Shown piece after piece: positions 39,398 through 48,179 of a stretch of DNA of 52,322 bases. The stretch is from a virus (taxonomy: Duplodnaviria; Caudoviricetes). Every line of letters starts with the position of its first letter. Position 1 is the first letter of the stretch. The stretch lies in the IMG/VR virus record IMGVR_UViG_3300037277_000027, positions 1 through 52,322 of that record, one strand, 5' to 3'. The notes under the pieces were generated by a model. That model was given only the letters and a program-made list of their open reading frames with translations. It was not told the origin of the DNA and ran no database searches. The translations under genes were made by a program, and so were the position numbers.

Positions 39398-42022
39398 ATG
39401 CCAAAGATTACTATGCAAGAGTTAGACCCTAGCGTTTCTTCACAAATAGCTGCCATAGGTCAATCGAGTGCTATGATTCTTGAGATGAATAGAGAGCTCG
39501 CAAACGTCCAAGCCATCTTAGATGTAGATAATCGTTGTTTGCCTAATACAGGTAAGTTCTACGATTTGATGGATGGTACGAATAATTATAGTAATGGGTT
39601 GCTTGATACATCAGCGACAACTTTAAGTTCAGCGCCAAGTGTCGGAGCATCTTCATTAAGCGTTGTAACGTCTTCTGTATTCACGGTAGGCGAAAAAGTC
39701 ACTGTATACGACGATGCTGGGCAGGAGGATGTGACAATTCAGACGGTTACTCCTGAAACTATTATAAATCAGGGAGCAACAAAAACCTTGACTCCGATAG
39801 GTAGTGCAGTGATATCTACAGCTCAGTCAAAAATAGGAACAGCGAGTGGACTTTTTAATGGTACTTCGAGTTCAGTGTATACTCCAAAATCCACAGATTT
39901 TGATTTTGGCACGGGAGACTTTACTATAGAAATGTATCTTTACTGCACTAGTTTGACAATACAAGGTGGTTACTCTAGAAGAATCGTCGAATATGTCGCG
40001 AGCCCATCTACTGGTGCTGTCAGTGGCGAATATCATCTTTATATTGATCAAGCGACAGGCAAGTTGGCTTTCGAATCAAACACAACTGTAGTTTTGGATA
40101 CAACTGCCTTCCCAACTAATGCCTGGACACACATCGCTATAGTGAGAAGCGGGACTACTACAAAAATGTATGTTGGAGGAACAGTAAAGGCAACAGCTAC
40201 TGATACTTATAATTATTCTAGCTCCACAGCATATATGTATCTAGGATCAGCAAATAATATAGGAGGCTTCTATAGTGGATATATTGATGAGTTAAGGATT
40301 TCTAAGGGAATTGCAAGATATACCTCAAACTTTACCCCACCCACAGTAGCATTGGTTACAGATGCATTTACGAAGCTACTTCTTCATTTTGAAGGAGCTA
40401 ATAATTCAACAGTGTTTGTAGATTCTGAAGAATTTGTTGTCTCTGGGGTAATGACATTGGTTTCACCAACAGTTAATGCTTACAAAGTTACGGGGAAGGT
40501 AGCTAGAAGTAATGTTATTATCTCTGGAGGAAAGATGAAATGCGGAAACATTACATCTGTAGGCCCTCAAGATAAAAGCGCTGGAGTTATCGTGTCAACA
40601 GGAACCCCAGTAATATCGTCTAATGCACAAAGATATTTGGTTAGGGATATTTATGGGTATCTCTATACTGTTATGGAAAAGACAGTAAGTACTTTTACCC
40701 AGATTTTTTGTTTGAAATCTACTGATAATGGAGCAACGTGGACAGATTTAGGTTTTCCACAAGTAGCATCTTACAATCAACACAATCCATCTATTGCTAC
40801 TGACTCACTAGGTAATGTTTATGTTGTATGGAATGGAATGGATTCTGTAGATACTGCTTTCTATAATATAAAATATGCAAAATATTCATCAGGAGCATGG
40901 AGTGCAATAACGAAGTTAACTAGTGGTAGCACTCTAGGACAACAACAGACTCCAGCTATAATGGCAGATTCTTTAAACAACATACATGTAACATGGACTG
41001 GTGGGGACACTATAGATCCAGGTAAATTTAATGTCAGATACATCAAATATAACGGAACTTCATGGGGAACTCCAGTGAAGATTACTAGTGGTAACTCTTA
41101 TGACCAAATCAATCCGTCTATCGCTATTGACACAACAAATAATATACACATTGTTTGGTCAGGAATGGATGCCACAGAAGCAACTTATTCTAATATAAGA
41201 TACAGTAAAAGTGCAGACAATGGGGCGACATTCTCAGCTCAGGCTAAGATTACAACTGGTATTGCTGGACAGAGTCTTACGCCTTGTATTATCGCAGACT
41301 CAACCAACGCTCTCCATGTTGCATTCTCTGGATGGGATGGTACAGATGTTGCTTACAACATCAAGTACATTAAATACAGTGGTTCTTGGGGCGCAATAAC
41401 AAAGCTCACATCAGGTGCGACGTATGCGCAGAGTGCGCCATCTATCACTGTTGACAGTAGTAACAACGTATACATTGTGTGGTACGGTACTCATGGCGCA
41501 AGTACCAGCATAAACCAAATAAGGAAAATAGTTTATGCAGGATCTTGGGGTTCAGTTATAAATGTAACTAGTGCTGCTTCGGATCAGACATTACCATCAA
41601 CGTGTGCTAACTATCAAGTCTTTACAGACCCTCTTTTAGTCTGGAAAGATAATGTCAATTCTAGCATAGATTTTAGAGGTATTTTTACAGGGAATATACT
41701 GTCTCCCCTTCTTGTCTCTAAAGCACGATATAACATAACCTCTCGCTCAGGCATTGCTACAGAACTTGCAGCGTGGGTGACGCACGAAAAAGACGCGGGA
41801 TTCAATACCTCAGCTAATGTTTCTATCGTAGATACTTTAGCCAACGAGAGTTTTGCATCAGCAACGAAAACAACATATAATATAGATAGTTCTTCTGAAG
41901 AAGATGCTTACTATGCAAGTGTTGGTACTGCACAAGAACGAATCACTTTTGAGCTTGTCTTAACAAGAAGTTCTGGAGCAATCGACAAAGGTGTTCTAAA
42001 AGTTCTTGGAGCTGTAGATTAA
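39398..42022 (+). CDS. Tail fibre protein: one LamG plus one BNR propeller
   Basis: N-terminal anchor paralogous to the 32533 ORF (YDLxDGTN...VGExVTVxDD); LamG; KSTDNGATW repeats. Confidence 0.8.
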   Translation: MPKITMQELDPSVSSQIAAIGQSSAMILEMNRELANVQAILDVDNRCLPNTGKFYDLMDGTNNYSNGLLDTSATTLSSAPSVGASSLSVVTSSVFTVGEKVTVYDDAGQEDVTIQTVTPETIINQGATKTLTPIGSAVISTAQSKIGTASGLFNGTSSSVYTPKSTDFDFGTGDFTIEMYLYCTSLTIQGGYSRRIVEYVASPSTGAVSGEYHLYIDQATGKLAFESNTTVVLDTTAFPTNAWTHIAIVRSGTTTKMYVGGTVKATATDTYNYSSSTAYMYLGSANNIGGFYSGYIDELRISKGIARYTSNFTPPTVALVTDAFTKLLLHFEGANNSTVFVDSEEFVVSGVMTLVSPTVNAYKVTGKVARSNVIISGGKMKCGNITSVGPQDKSAGVIVSTGTPVISSNAQRYLVRDIYGYLYTVMEKTVSTFTQIFCLKSTDNGATWTDLGFPQVASYNQHNPSIATDSLGNVYVVWNGMDSVDTAFYNIKYAKYSSGAWSAITKLTSGSTLGQQQTPAIMADSLNNIHVTWTGGDTIDPGKFNVRYIKYNGTSWGTPVKITSGNSYDQINPSIAIDTTNNIHIVWSGMDATEATYSNIRYSKSADNGATFSAQAKITTGIAGQSLTPCIIADSTNALHVAFSGWDGTDVAYNIKYIKYSGSWGAITKLTSGATYAQSAPSITVDSSNNVYIVWYGTHGASTSINQIRKIVYAGSWGSVINVTSAASDQTLPSTCANYQVFTDPLLVWKDNVNSSIDFRGIFTGNILSPLLVSKARYNITSRSGIATELAAWVTHEKDAGFNTSANVSIVDTLANESFASATKTTYNIDSSSEEDAYYASVGTAQERITFELVLTRSSGAIDKGVLKVLGAVD

Positions 42023-42030
42023 TAAAATGT

Positions 42031-42050
42031 GGGGTGGCAACACCCCTTTT
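42031..42050 (+). terminator. Rho-independent terminator
   Basis: GGGGTG-GCAA-CACCCC-TTTT. Confidence 0.7.
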
Positions 42051-42067
42051 GTTAAGGAGGATAAGGT

Positions 42068-42247
42068 ATGAAAATCAGAAATGAAGAAGGCATTATGACT
42101 CCTACAGAAAATCAAATTGCTAAGGATCAGGCTCTCCAACAACTCAAGCAAGATGTTCCTTCTAAAGATACAATCGCATCTTTAAGAGCCGACATGGAAG
42201 CTATGAAAATCTTCTTAGGAATAAAAGGAGGCGGTACAAATGGCTAA
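42068..42247 (+). CDS. Small coiled-coil protein (59 aa), possible fibre chaperone
   Basis: Hand translation MKIRNEEGIMTPTENQIAKDQALQQLKQDVPSKDTIASLRADMEAMKIFLGIKGGGTNG; AAGGAGG RBS; not in the track. Confidence 0.7.
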   Translation: MKIRNEEGIMTPTENQIAKDQALQQLKQDVPSKDTIASLRADMEAMKIFLGIKGGGTNG

Positions 42248-42431
42248 GGAAATACTCAATCAGCATTTAGACGATACGAACCGTCATATCCCTACTGGGG
42301 TAGGTTCAACTGGTCAGGTTTTAGCAAAAGCAGTGTCAGGATATACTTTTGTTGATTTGCCGACTACATCGCAGACAGTAGCTACAGGAGCAACAGTTTA
42401 TGCTTATAATAATATAGGAGGTGCGTTCTAA
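42240..42431 (+). CDS. Small tail-fibre-associated protein
   Basis: HLDDTNRHIP...GSTGQVLAK fibre-like motif; AGGAGG RBS. Confidence 0.6.
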   Translation: MAKEILNQHLDDTNRHIPTGVGSTGQVLAKAVSGYTFVDLPTTSQTVATGATVYAYNNIGGAF

Positions 42432-42868
42432 TGCCAGCTAATACTATTCCAATTTTTCCAGTTACACCTAAAGTTTCATGGGGCACAGTAACTACAGCAA
42501 ACACATCAAAAGATGGTACAGGAACAGTAGTTACAGTTTTCACAGCAGGGGCTAATGGTTCTAGAATTGACCAGATTAAAGTTCGTTCATTAGGAACAAA
42601 CGTTGCAACAGCGCTAAGATTTTTTATTAATAATGGAACAACAAATACAACAGCAACTAACAACTCATTAGCTCACGAAGTAACTGCACCTGCTACAACT
42701 TTGAATGAAGCTGCGGCTCTTGCAGATCTTGATGTAACTATTACTAAGAATAGCACAGAAACAGCATGTCCTATTCCTTATTTGCCAGCAGGATATAAAC
42801 TTAACGTTACTGTAGGTACTACGGTCGCTGCTGGACTTCAGATAACTGTTTCAGGTGGGGACTACTAA
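42431..42868 (+). CDS. Tail-fibre-associated beta-rich protein
   Basis: 145 aa Thr/Ala-rich; TAATG coupling; AGGAGG RBS. Confidence 0.65.
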   Translation: MPANTIPIFPVTPKVSWGTVTTANTSKDGTGTVVTVFTAGANGSRIDQIKVRSLGTNVATALRFFINNGTTNTTATNNSLAHEVTAPATTLNEAAALADLDVTITKNSTETACPIPYLPAGYKLNVTVGTTVAAGLQITVSGGDY

Positions 42869-42889
42869 TAACAAGGAGTTGATAAAGGC

Positions 42890-43816
42890 ATGGCTAGTTT
42901 CGATGTAGGATTTAAAAAAATGAATAATTCTGCCTCAGCCTTCAATTCTTTTAATGTAAAAAAGAAGAAATCTGGCTCAAATAATGCTACTTGGATATTT
43001 ACTACTCCTGGATCTGCATCATTTACTGCACCCACAACTGGCTCTTATAGAGTCGTTGTTGTTGCGGGTGGTGGCGGCGGTGGTGGCGGTAATAATTTTT
43101 CTGGTGGTGGCGGTGGTGGCAGAGGTGACATAAAGAGACAAATAGTATCTTTAAACGCCAATACTGTTTACGCTATAACTGTAGGTGCTGGCGGTGCTGG
43201 CGGAACAGGAAATAGTGGTTCTGGTGGTACTTCGGGATCTTCGGGTGGAGTCTCATCTTTTTCAACACTTATTACTTGTAATGGTGGTGGTGGTGGAGGA
43301 AAAGGCAATCCGTCTAATCCAAATGGTGGCTCTGGTGGTGGAGGTGGAGGTGGAGCCTTCTCAGGCTCTACATATGTTGGTGCTAGTGGAGCTGCTAATG
43401 GTTATGGTGCTGGGGGTGTGGGAAGTTTAGTGGGCGGATTAGGCACTACTGGATCTGCTGGAGTTAATACTACATCGTTCATGGGCATTAACACTGTAGG
43501 TTATGGATCGGGAGTCGGTGGCACCACAACAGGTAGTGGAGGCGCTGGAGGCGGAGGCTATGGTGGTGTTGGTCAAAATGCAGATAATGCTACTTATGGA
43601 GGTGGCGGCGGCGGTGTAGGTGGTGGTGGCGGTGGTTACGGAGATATATCTGGACTAAAGCCTGCGTCACCAATAAACTGCGGATCTGGTTATGGAGCTG
43701 GAGGATCAGGCATGGGAGGAACGTCAACACCTGTCGATGGCTCAGTTATTTTGGCTGGTGTGTCTGGGATTGTTATAATATATCTCAATATCACTGATGG
43801 AGGTACTTTTCCATGA
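42890..43816 (+). CDS. Glycine-rich adhesin-like protein 1
   Basis: FTTPGSASFTAP...VVVVAGGGGGG...YAITVGAGG...GIVIIY glycine-rich domain. Confidence 0.75.
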   Translation: MASFDVGFKKMNNSASAFNSFNVKKKKSGSNNATWIFTTPGSASFTAPTTGSYRVVVVAGGGGGGGGNNFSGGGGGGRGDIKRQIVSLNANTVYAITVGAGGAGGTGNSGSGGTSGSSGGVSSFSTLITCNGGGGGGKGNPSNPNGGSGGGGGGGAFSGSTYVGASGAANGYGAGGVGSLVGGLGTTGSAGVNTTSFMGINTVGYGSGVGGTTTGSGGAGGGGYGGVGQNADNATYGGGGGGVGGGGGGYGDISGLKPASPINCGSGYGAGGSGMGGTSTPVDGSVILAGVSGIVIIYLNITDGGTFP

Positions 43817-44694
43817 GTCTACAAAGTTTTAGTAGTGGTTTTTTAAAACCAAAAAAAGATGATAAAAAAGTTAATAGTTTTGGTGTTTCAAGTGGCGATA
43901 CATTTATATATGACTCTCCAGGAGCTTACACTTTTACACCTAGCATATCTGGCTCATACAATGTAATCGTTGTGGCTGGTGGTGGCGGTGGTGGCGGTGG
44001 TAATAACTACTGTGGCGGTGGCGGCGGTGGGCGAGGTGAAGTCAAACGTCAAATATTAGCTTTAAGTGCTGGGACTGGCTATTCGATAACTGTAGGATCT
44101 GGAGGCGCTGGCGGAACAAGCAATAGTGGTACTGGAGGGTCTAACGGCTCAGCAGGAGGAACATCATCGTTTGCAGCATTAATGTCATGTAATGGTGGCG
44201 GCGGTGGGATGAATTACAACGGCGTACAAACTCCAAACGGAGGCTCTGGCGGTGGCGGTGGCGGTGCTGACAGTGGTGTTAATAGTTCTGGAGGATCTGC
44301 GGGTCAGTATGGTGTTGGAGGCAATGGCGTTAGCGCTGGGCATGGGGTTGCAGGAGGAAATGGTCTTGATACTACGAATATAATAACCCTCGGCATGGCT
44401 GGGTATGGCGTGGGAACAGGTGGAGTTCCTGTCTCAGGATCAGGTTCTGGTGGTGGTGGTGGCGGTGGCTATGGTGGAGTTGGAGGGGCTAATTATAGTG
44501 ATGCTGGTGGTGGAGCTGGAGGCTATGGCAACACACAACTCACAATAGCTGGCGGCGGAGGCTTTGGGTACGGAGCAGGAAATACAGGAATGGGTGCTCA
44601 CGGTTCTTTTGAAGACGGCTCCGTAAACTATAAAGGCGCTAACGGTATCATCATTATTTACTTTAACAAAACAGATGGAGGTACATTCACATGA
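43813..44694 (+). CDS. Glycine-rich adhesin-like protein 2 (paralog)
   Basis: Same skeleton as the previous gene; ATGA overlap. Confidence 0.75.
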   Translation: MSLQSFSSGFLKPKKDDKKVNSFGVSSGDTFIYDSPGAYTFTPSISGSYNVIVVAGGGGGGGGNNYCGGGGGGRGEVKRQILALSAGTGYSITVGSGGAGGTSNSGTGGSNGSAGGTSSFAALMSCNGGGGGMNYNGVQTPNGGSGGGGGGADSGVNSSGGSAGQYGVGGNGVSAGHGVAGGNGLDTTNIITLGMAGYGVGTGGVPVSGSGSGGGGGGGYGGVGGANYSDAGGGAGGYGNTQLTIAGGGGFGYGAGNTGMGAHGSFEDGSVNYKGANGIIIIYFNKTDGGTFT

Positions 44695-45056
44695 TAGTAC
44701 AAGTAGTTGAAGGTTATGTACATTGGCTAACTCAATATGTTTCTTTGGATGATGTTCCCGATATGGAGCCTTCATACAAAGAACAATTCAAAGAAGCTCC
44801 TGACAATGTACATGAGAATTGGTTTTACAATTATGATACAGGAGAGTTTTCAGCTCCACCTATCCCTACTGGATGGGCTTATGATGCAAATGGAGTTCCT
44901 TATGCTGTGGACGTTGCAATCATTGCTGCAATACAAGCACAAGAAGCAACGTTTGCAACGAATGCTAAGCAACAAAGAATAGACACCAATAAAGATATCA
45001 TCCAAGAAGCTGTTGATGCTTATACACTCCAACTAATAGAGGAGGGGCTGTTATGA
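44691..45056 (+). CDS. Tail fibre assembly-like protein
   Basis: APDNVHENWFYNYDTGEFSAPP motif plus C-terminal helix; ATGA overlap. Confidence 0.55.
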   Translation: MIVQVVEGYVHWLTQYVSLDDVPDMEPSYKEQFKEAPDNVHENWFYNYDTGEFSAPPIPTGWAYDANGVPYAVDVAIIAAIQAQEATFATNAKQQRIDTNKDIIQEAVDAYTLQLIEEGLL

Positions 45057-45184
45057 GTACATTGGTTGAAAGCTTAAAAAGGCTTTATCTTGCAGGCAAA
45101 GTAACTATTGATAAACTTAACACTATGCTTTCACAAAACAAGATAACTCAGGAAGAATATGACTACATCATAGCGGGAGTGTGA
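45053..45184 (+). CDS. XkdX-like small protein (43 aa)
   Basis: Hand translation MSTLVESLKRLYLAGKVTIDKLNTMLSQNKITQEEYDYIIAGV; KITxEEY motif; GAGGAGGGG RBS. Confidence 0.7.
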   Translation: MSTLVESLKRLYLAGKVTIDKLNTMLSQNKITQEEYDYIIAGV

Positions 45185-45190
45185 TAACTT

Positions 45191-45346
45191 ATGAAAATAA
45201 GAGAGCGTGATGTTTATGGTGAGCTTTGCAAAGATTGTGTGGACACAGAAGCTAGAATCTTTGCAGAAAAAGTTAGGGCAGGAGAGCTAAAGATTGCAGA
45301 TGTTCCTGACGAATTTAGAGAACAAGTCAGTATATTATTAATATAA
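45191..45346 (+). CDS. Small protein (51 aa), CD1375-like
   Basis: Hand translation MKIRERDVYGELCKDCVDTEARIFAEKVRAGELKIADVPDEFREQVSILLI; G-x3-I-x-DVP-x3-R-x2-V motif. Confidence 0.55.
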   Translation: MKIRERDVYGELCKDCVDTEARIFAEKVRAGELKIADVPDEFREQVSILLI

Positions 45347-45368
45347 AAGGAGCCGAAAGGCTCTTTTT
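45345..45368 (+). terminator. Rho-independent terminator
   Basis: AAAAGGAGCC-GAAA-GGCTCTTTTT. Confidence 0.75.
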
Positions 45369-45383
45369 ACTAGGAGGGTAACG

Positions 45384-45830
45384 ATGGAGCAAAGACCGTC
45401 ATGGAGTGAGTACTTTATGAACATAGCAGACTTAACAAAGACTCGCTCAACTTGCATTAGAAGACAAATTGGAGCCGTAGCTGTAGTGGACAAAAGAATT
45501 ATAACTACTGGCTATAATGGAGCGCCAAAAGGCTGCGCACACTGTTTAGATTTAGGATGTTTGAGAAATGAATTAGGCATACCATCAGGAGAACGACAAG
45601 AGATATGTAGGGCTGTTCATGCTGAGCAGAATGTTGTAGCTCAAGCAGCTTCTAATGGTCAAAGTCTTAAAGGTGCTACTTTGTATGTTACAGAAAAGCC
45701 TTGCATGATTTGTGCTAAGATTATTATAAACTCTGGCATAAATACTGTGATTTATAAAGGAAACTACCCAGACACCCTGTCTTTAGACATAATGCAAGAA
45801 GCTGGATTGCAATTGTTTAAAGTGGACTGA
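45384..45830 (+). CDS. dCMP (deoxycytidylate) deaminase family protein
   Basis: RPSWSEYFM, RSTC, TGYNG, HAEQN, PCMIC. Confidence 0.92.
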   Translation: MEQRPSWSEYFMNIADLTKTRSTCIRRQIGAVAVVDKRIITTGYNGAPKGCAHCLDLGCLRNELGIPSGERQEICRAVHAEQNVVAQAASNGQSLKGATLYVTEKPCMICAKIIINSGINTVIYKGNYPDTLSLDIMQEAGLQLFKVD

Positions 45831-45836
45831 TATAAT
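45807..45836 (+). promoter_or_regulatory. Putative promoter of the lysis operon
   Basis: TTGCAA-18bp-TATAAT with extended TG (TGATATAAT). Confidence 0.55.
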
Positions 45837-45857
45837 AATTGAGGAGGGTGATGTTTT

Positions 45858-46235
45858 ATGAATCCAGAAGCTGTCATAACAAGTAAGGATGTATTAAACT
45901 TCTTTGCTAATACTACTCTTGACAGGATAGTTCTCTTCATATTTTTTACTCTCATCGTCCTCATTCTTCTGAATGGGCGTAAGGACAGAAAAGAGTTCTC
46001 CAACAGCTGTAAGGGTCTTGAGGTTAGTGTAGGTAAGCTCTCCACAAGCATTACAAAAAGTCTAACTACTGACGAGGAGAAAGACAAGAAGTACATGCAA
46101 GAGTTTAAGAACTTGAATGTTACCCTGTCTAAACTGGACTCATCGATAAACCAGCTTAGAACTTCAATCGCAGGATTGCACAATTACTGCATGGGTAGGA
46201 ACGGATTCCCAACACACCGGGAGGGGGACGAGTAA
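45858..46235 (+). CDS. Single-TM coiled-coil membrane protein (holin/lysis accessory candidate)
   Basis: IVLFIFFTLIVLILL then coiled coil; upstream of the endolysin. Confidence 0.55.
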   Translation: MNPEAVITSKDVLNFFANTTLDRIVLFIFFTLIVLILLNGRKDRKEFSNSCKGLEVSVGKLSTSITKSLTTDEEKDKKYMQEFKNLNVTLSKLDSSINQLRTSIAGLHNYCMGRNGFPTHREGDE

Positions 46236-46236
46236 G

Positions 46237-46551
46237 ATGTTCAAAGTATCCTCGATTGTTTCAAGCGTGGCAATGTTTTTATACATTTTATTCTGTATCT
46301 TTGCCGTTGAAGGTTCATGTATCTTTCTCGTGCTAGTTACTATGCCGTTAATCGGCATGGTAACTTTTGCTATAATCGCAACATTTCATCATATATTTTG
46401 TAGAGAAGATCACCGGCGAATAGAACATTGTCAAAATTCAATACAACAATGTGTTATTAAGATTCGAATGGTCAAATCTCTTACCACAACGAAGAGTGAG
46501 ACTCACGTAATAGATTCGAATTATCAAATCCAAACAAAACCAGGAGGTTGA
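46237..46551 (+). CDS. Two-TM membrane protein
   Basis: Hydrophobic residues about 4-55; GGGGGA RBS; in the lysis cluster. Confidence 0.5.
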   Translation: MFKVSSIVSSVAMFLYILFCIFAVEGSCIFLVLVTMPLIGMVTFAIIATFHHIFCREDHRRIEHCQNSIQQCVIKIRMVKSLTTTKSETHVIDSNYQIQTKPGG

Positions 46552-46556
46552 TTAAC

Positions 46557-47351
46557 ATGCTAAAGATTTTATTGGACCCAGGACATGGTGGTAGCGAAAC
46601 GGGCGCTGTGTTCAATGATTACACAGAGAAAGACTTGAATTTGCAATTAGCTTTACTACTAAGACCAGAGCTAGAACGATGCGGAATCACTGTAGCAATG
46701 ACCCGCGACGCAGACATTGCTGTCTCTCTTTATGATAGAGGCATGATGGCTAAGAGTTTGGCGTGCAACGCACTTATATCCATTCACTTCAATGCAGACG
46801 ATGAAGAATCTTCTGGACCAGAAATATGGTATTCGTTCTTGCCCCAAGTATCAGAATCTTCAAGGTGGATAGCTGAATGTATATTCAATGAGACCATCAA
46901 ACTCGGTGGAGTTTCTTCCCGCGGTGTAAAGACTTACGAGAGCACTACTTATTCTGGACACAATTATTACGGAGTGCTAAGAAATGCAGAGCCAATAGCA
47001 GGAGTCATATGTGAAGGTTTGTTCTTAGACAATGCTAGCGATGTGGAGAGACTTAAAGAGCCAGACTTCTTGAAGAACTTAGCTATAGCTTACGCTAAAG
47101 GCATATGTTCTGCTTACGGCATAACTTATGTTCCAGATCACGATGTAAAAGAAGCAAGTATTCTTAAGCCAGTATTTCCTTTTAAAGATTGGGACACTAT
47201 CTCTGAATATGCTCAAGAGTCTGTAAGAAAACTTAAAGATTTAGGCGTGTTCGTTGGAGACAAGGAAGGTAACTTCAACCCTAAGAACCCAATCACAAGG
47301 GAAGACTTAGCTACAGTTTTAGTAAAAATCTTAAACCTAGGAGGTAAATAA
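46557..47351 (+). CDS. Endolysin: N-acetylmuramoyl-L-alanine amidase (Amidase_3) plus SLH domain
   Basis: LDPGHGG, EKDLNL, ISIHFNA, ICEGLFLDN; SLH FKD...GVFVG...FNPKNPITRED. Confidence 0.92.
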   Translation: MLKILLDPGHGGSETGAVFNDYTEKDLNLQLALLLRPELERCGITVAMTRDADIAVSLYDRGMMAKSLACNALISIHFNADDEESSGPEIWYSFLPQVSESSRWIAECIFNETIKLGGVSSRGVKTYESTTYSGHNYYGVLRNAEPIAGVICEGLFLDNASDVERLKEPDFLKNLAIAYAKGICSAYGITYVPDHDVKEASILKPVFPFKDWDTISEYAQESVRKLKDLGVFVGDKEGNFNPKNPITREDLATVLVKILNLGGK

Positions 47352-47353
47352 TC

Positions 47354-47938
47354 ATGAAAGATGTTCTTAATCAAGTTTTACCAGTCTTTATGCAAGCTAT
47401 AGTCTCAATACTTGGAATATTGATTTCTATAATTGCGACGAAAGCCATGAGTTATCTGACAGCAAAGAAAGCAGAAGTTGTTGGAAAAATAGGGGCTGAC
47501 CAGTACAATCTTAGCGTGTCTGTTGCTGAGTCTATCTTTTACGGAATTGAACAGCAAATGAAGACTGCATCAGGGACAGCGAAGAAAGACGAATTCAATA
47601 AACGTATTATGGCTAAGATACCAGGAATAACTAGTGATGATATTGACCATTTAAGAGAAGCTATCGTTGGAAAAGCTAAAGGATTAACTAAAATTATTAC
47701 TGAACAAGTCCCCGTTCAAACTGTACAGCCTTGGCCTATACCTACAAGCCCGGGAACACCTTGGAACAATCCAATTATTTATGGGAATTCAGTGACACAT
47801 CCTATAGCAAGTACTAATTCTACATCGACCACAACTACCACAACGGCCAATGAAGGGGTCGTATCTATAGATGCTAACTCTGGTGTTGTAACTTACGCAG
47901 ACGAAATCCCTCCAGAGAATGCGAACAAAGACGTTTAA
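47354..47938 (+). CDS. Holin, LL-H-like, with low-complexity C-terminal tail
   Basis: N-terminal TM helix; GIEQ...GTAKKDE...IDHLREAIV; follows the endolysin. Confidence 0.7.
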   Translation: MKDVLNQVLPVFMQAIVSILGILISIIATKAMSYLTAKKAEVVGKIGADQYNLSVSVAESIFYGIEQQMKTASGTAKKDEFNKRIMAKIPGITSDDIDHLREAIVGKAKGLTKIITEQVPVQTVQPWPIPTSPGTPWNNPIIYGNSVTHPIASTNSTSTTTTTTANEGVVSIDANSGVVTYADEIPPENANKDV

Positions 47939-47948
47939 AGACAAAACA

Positions 47949-47973
47949 AAAAGAGCCCTAGTCGGGCTCTTTT
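47949..47973. terminator. Bidirectional terminator at the convergence point
   Basis: AAAAGAGCCC-TAGTC-GGGCTCTTTT. Confidence 0.8.
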
Positions 47974-48164
47974 ATTATTACTCCGTTAGTGTCAACAATG
48001 ATGAACTTAATTACATGGCATTTCACAACAAATTCCAAACAACATTCTTTACAAAAAAATCTTTTGCTCGCACTTCCACCCAAAAAACCAATAGTATCTT
48101 TCCTGTTGCAGTCGGGACATAGCATTCTGAATTTAACTTTAAGTCTATCCTTTGTTGCTGCCAT
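47958..48164 (-). CDS. Small zinc-ribbon protein
   Basis: CPDC...FFCKEC; AGGAGGA RBS. Confidence 0.65.
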   Translation of the reverse strand: MAATKDRLKVKFRMLCPDCNRKDTIGFLGGSASKRFFCKECCLEFVVKCHVIKFIIVDTNGVIIKEPD

Positions 48165-48179
48165 TAATAATCATCCTCC

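Noticed and set aside
36587-42022. Active sialidase assignment for the BNR proteins
   Set aside because: Asp-boxes are present but no RIP motif or Arg triad could be identified; only the propeller fold is supported
32533-44694. Diversity-generating retroelement or invertase shufflon acting on fibre genes
   Set aside because: No reverse transcriptase or recombinase in the window; no near-identical repeat pair differing only at adenines was seen; repeats diverge at all bases
42890-44694. Collagen-like fibres
   Set aside because: Poly-Gly runs rather than Gly-X-Y triplets
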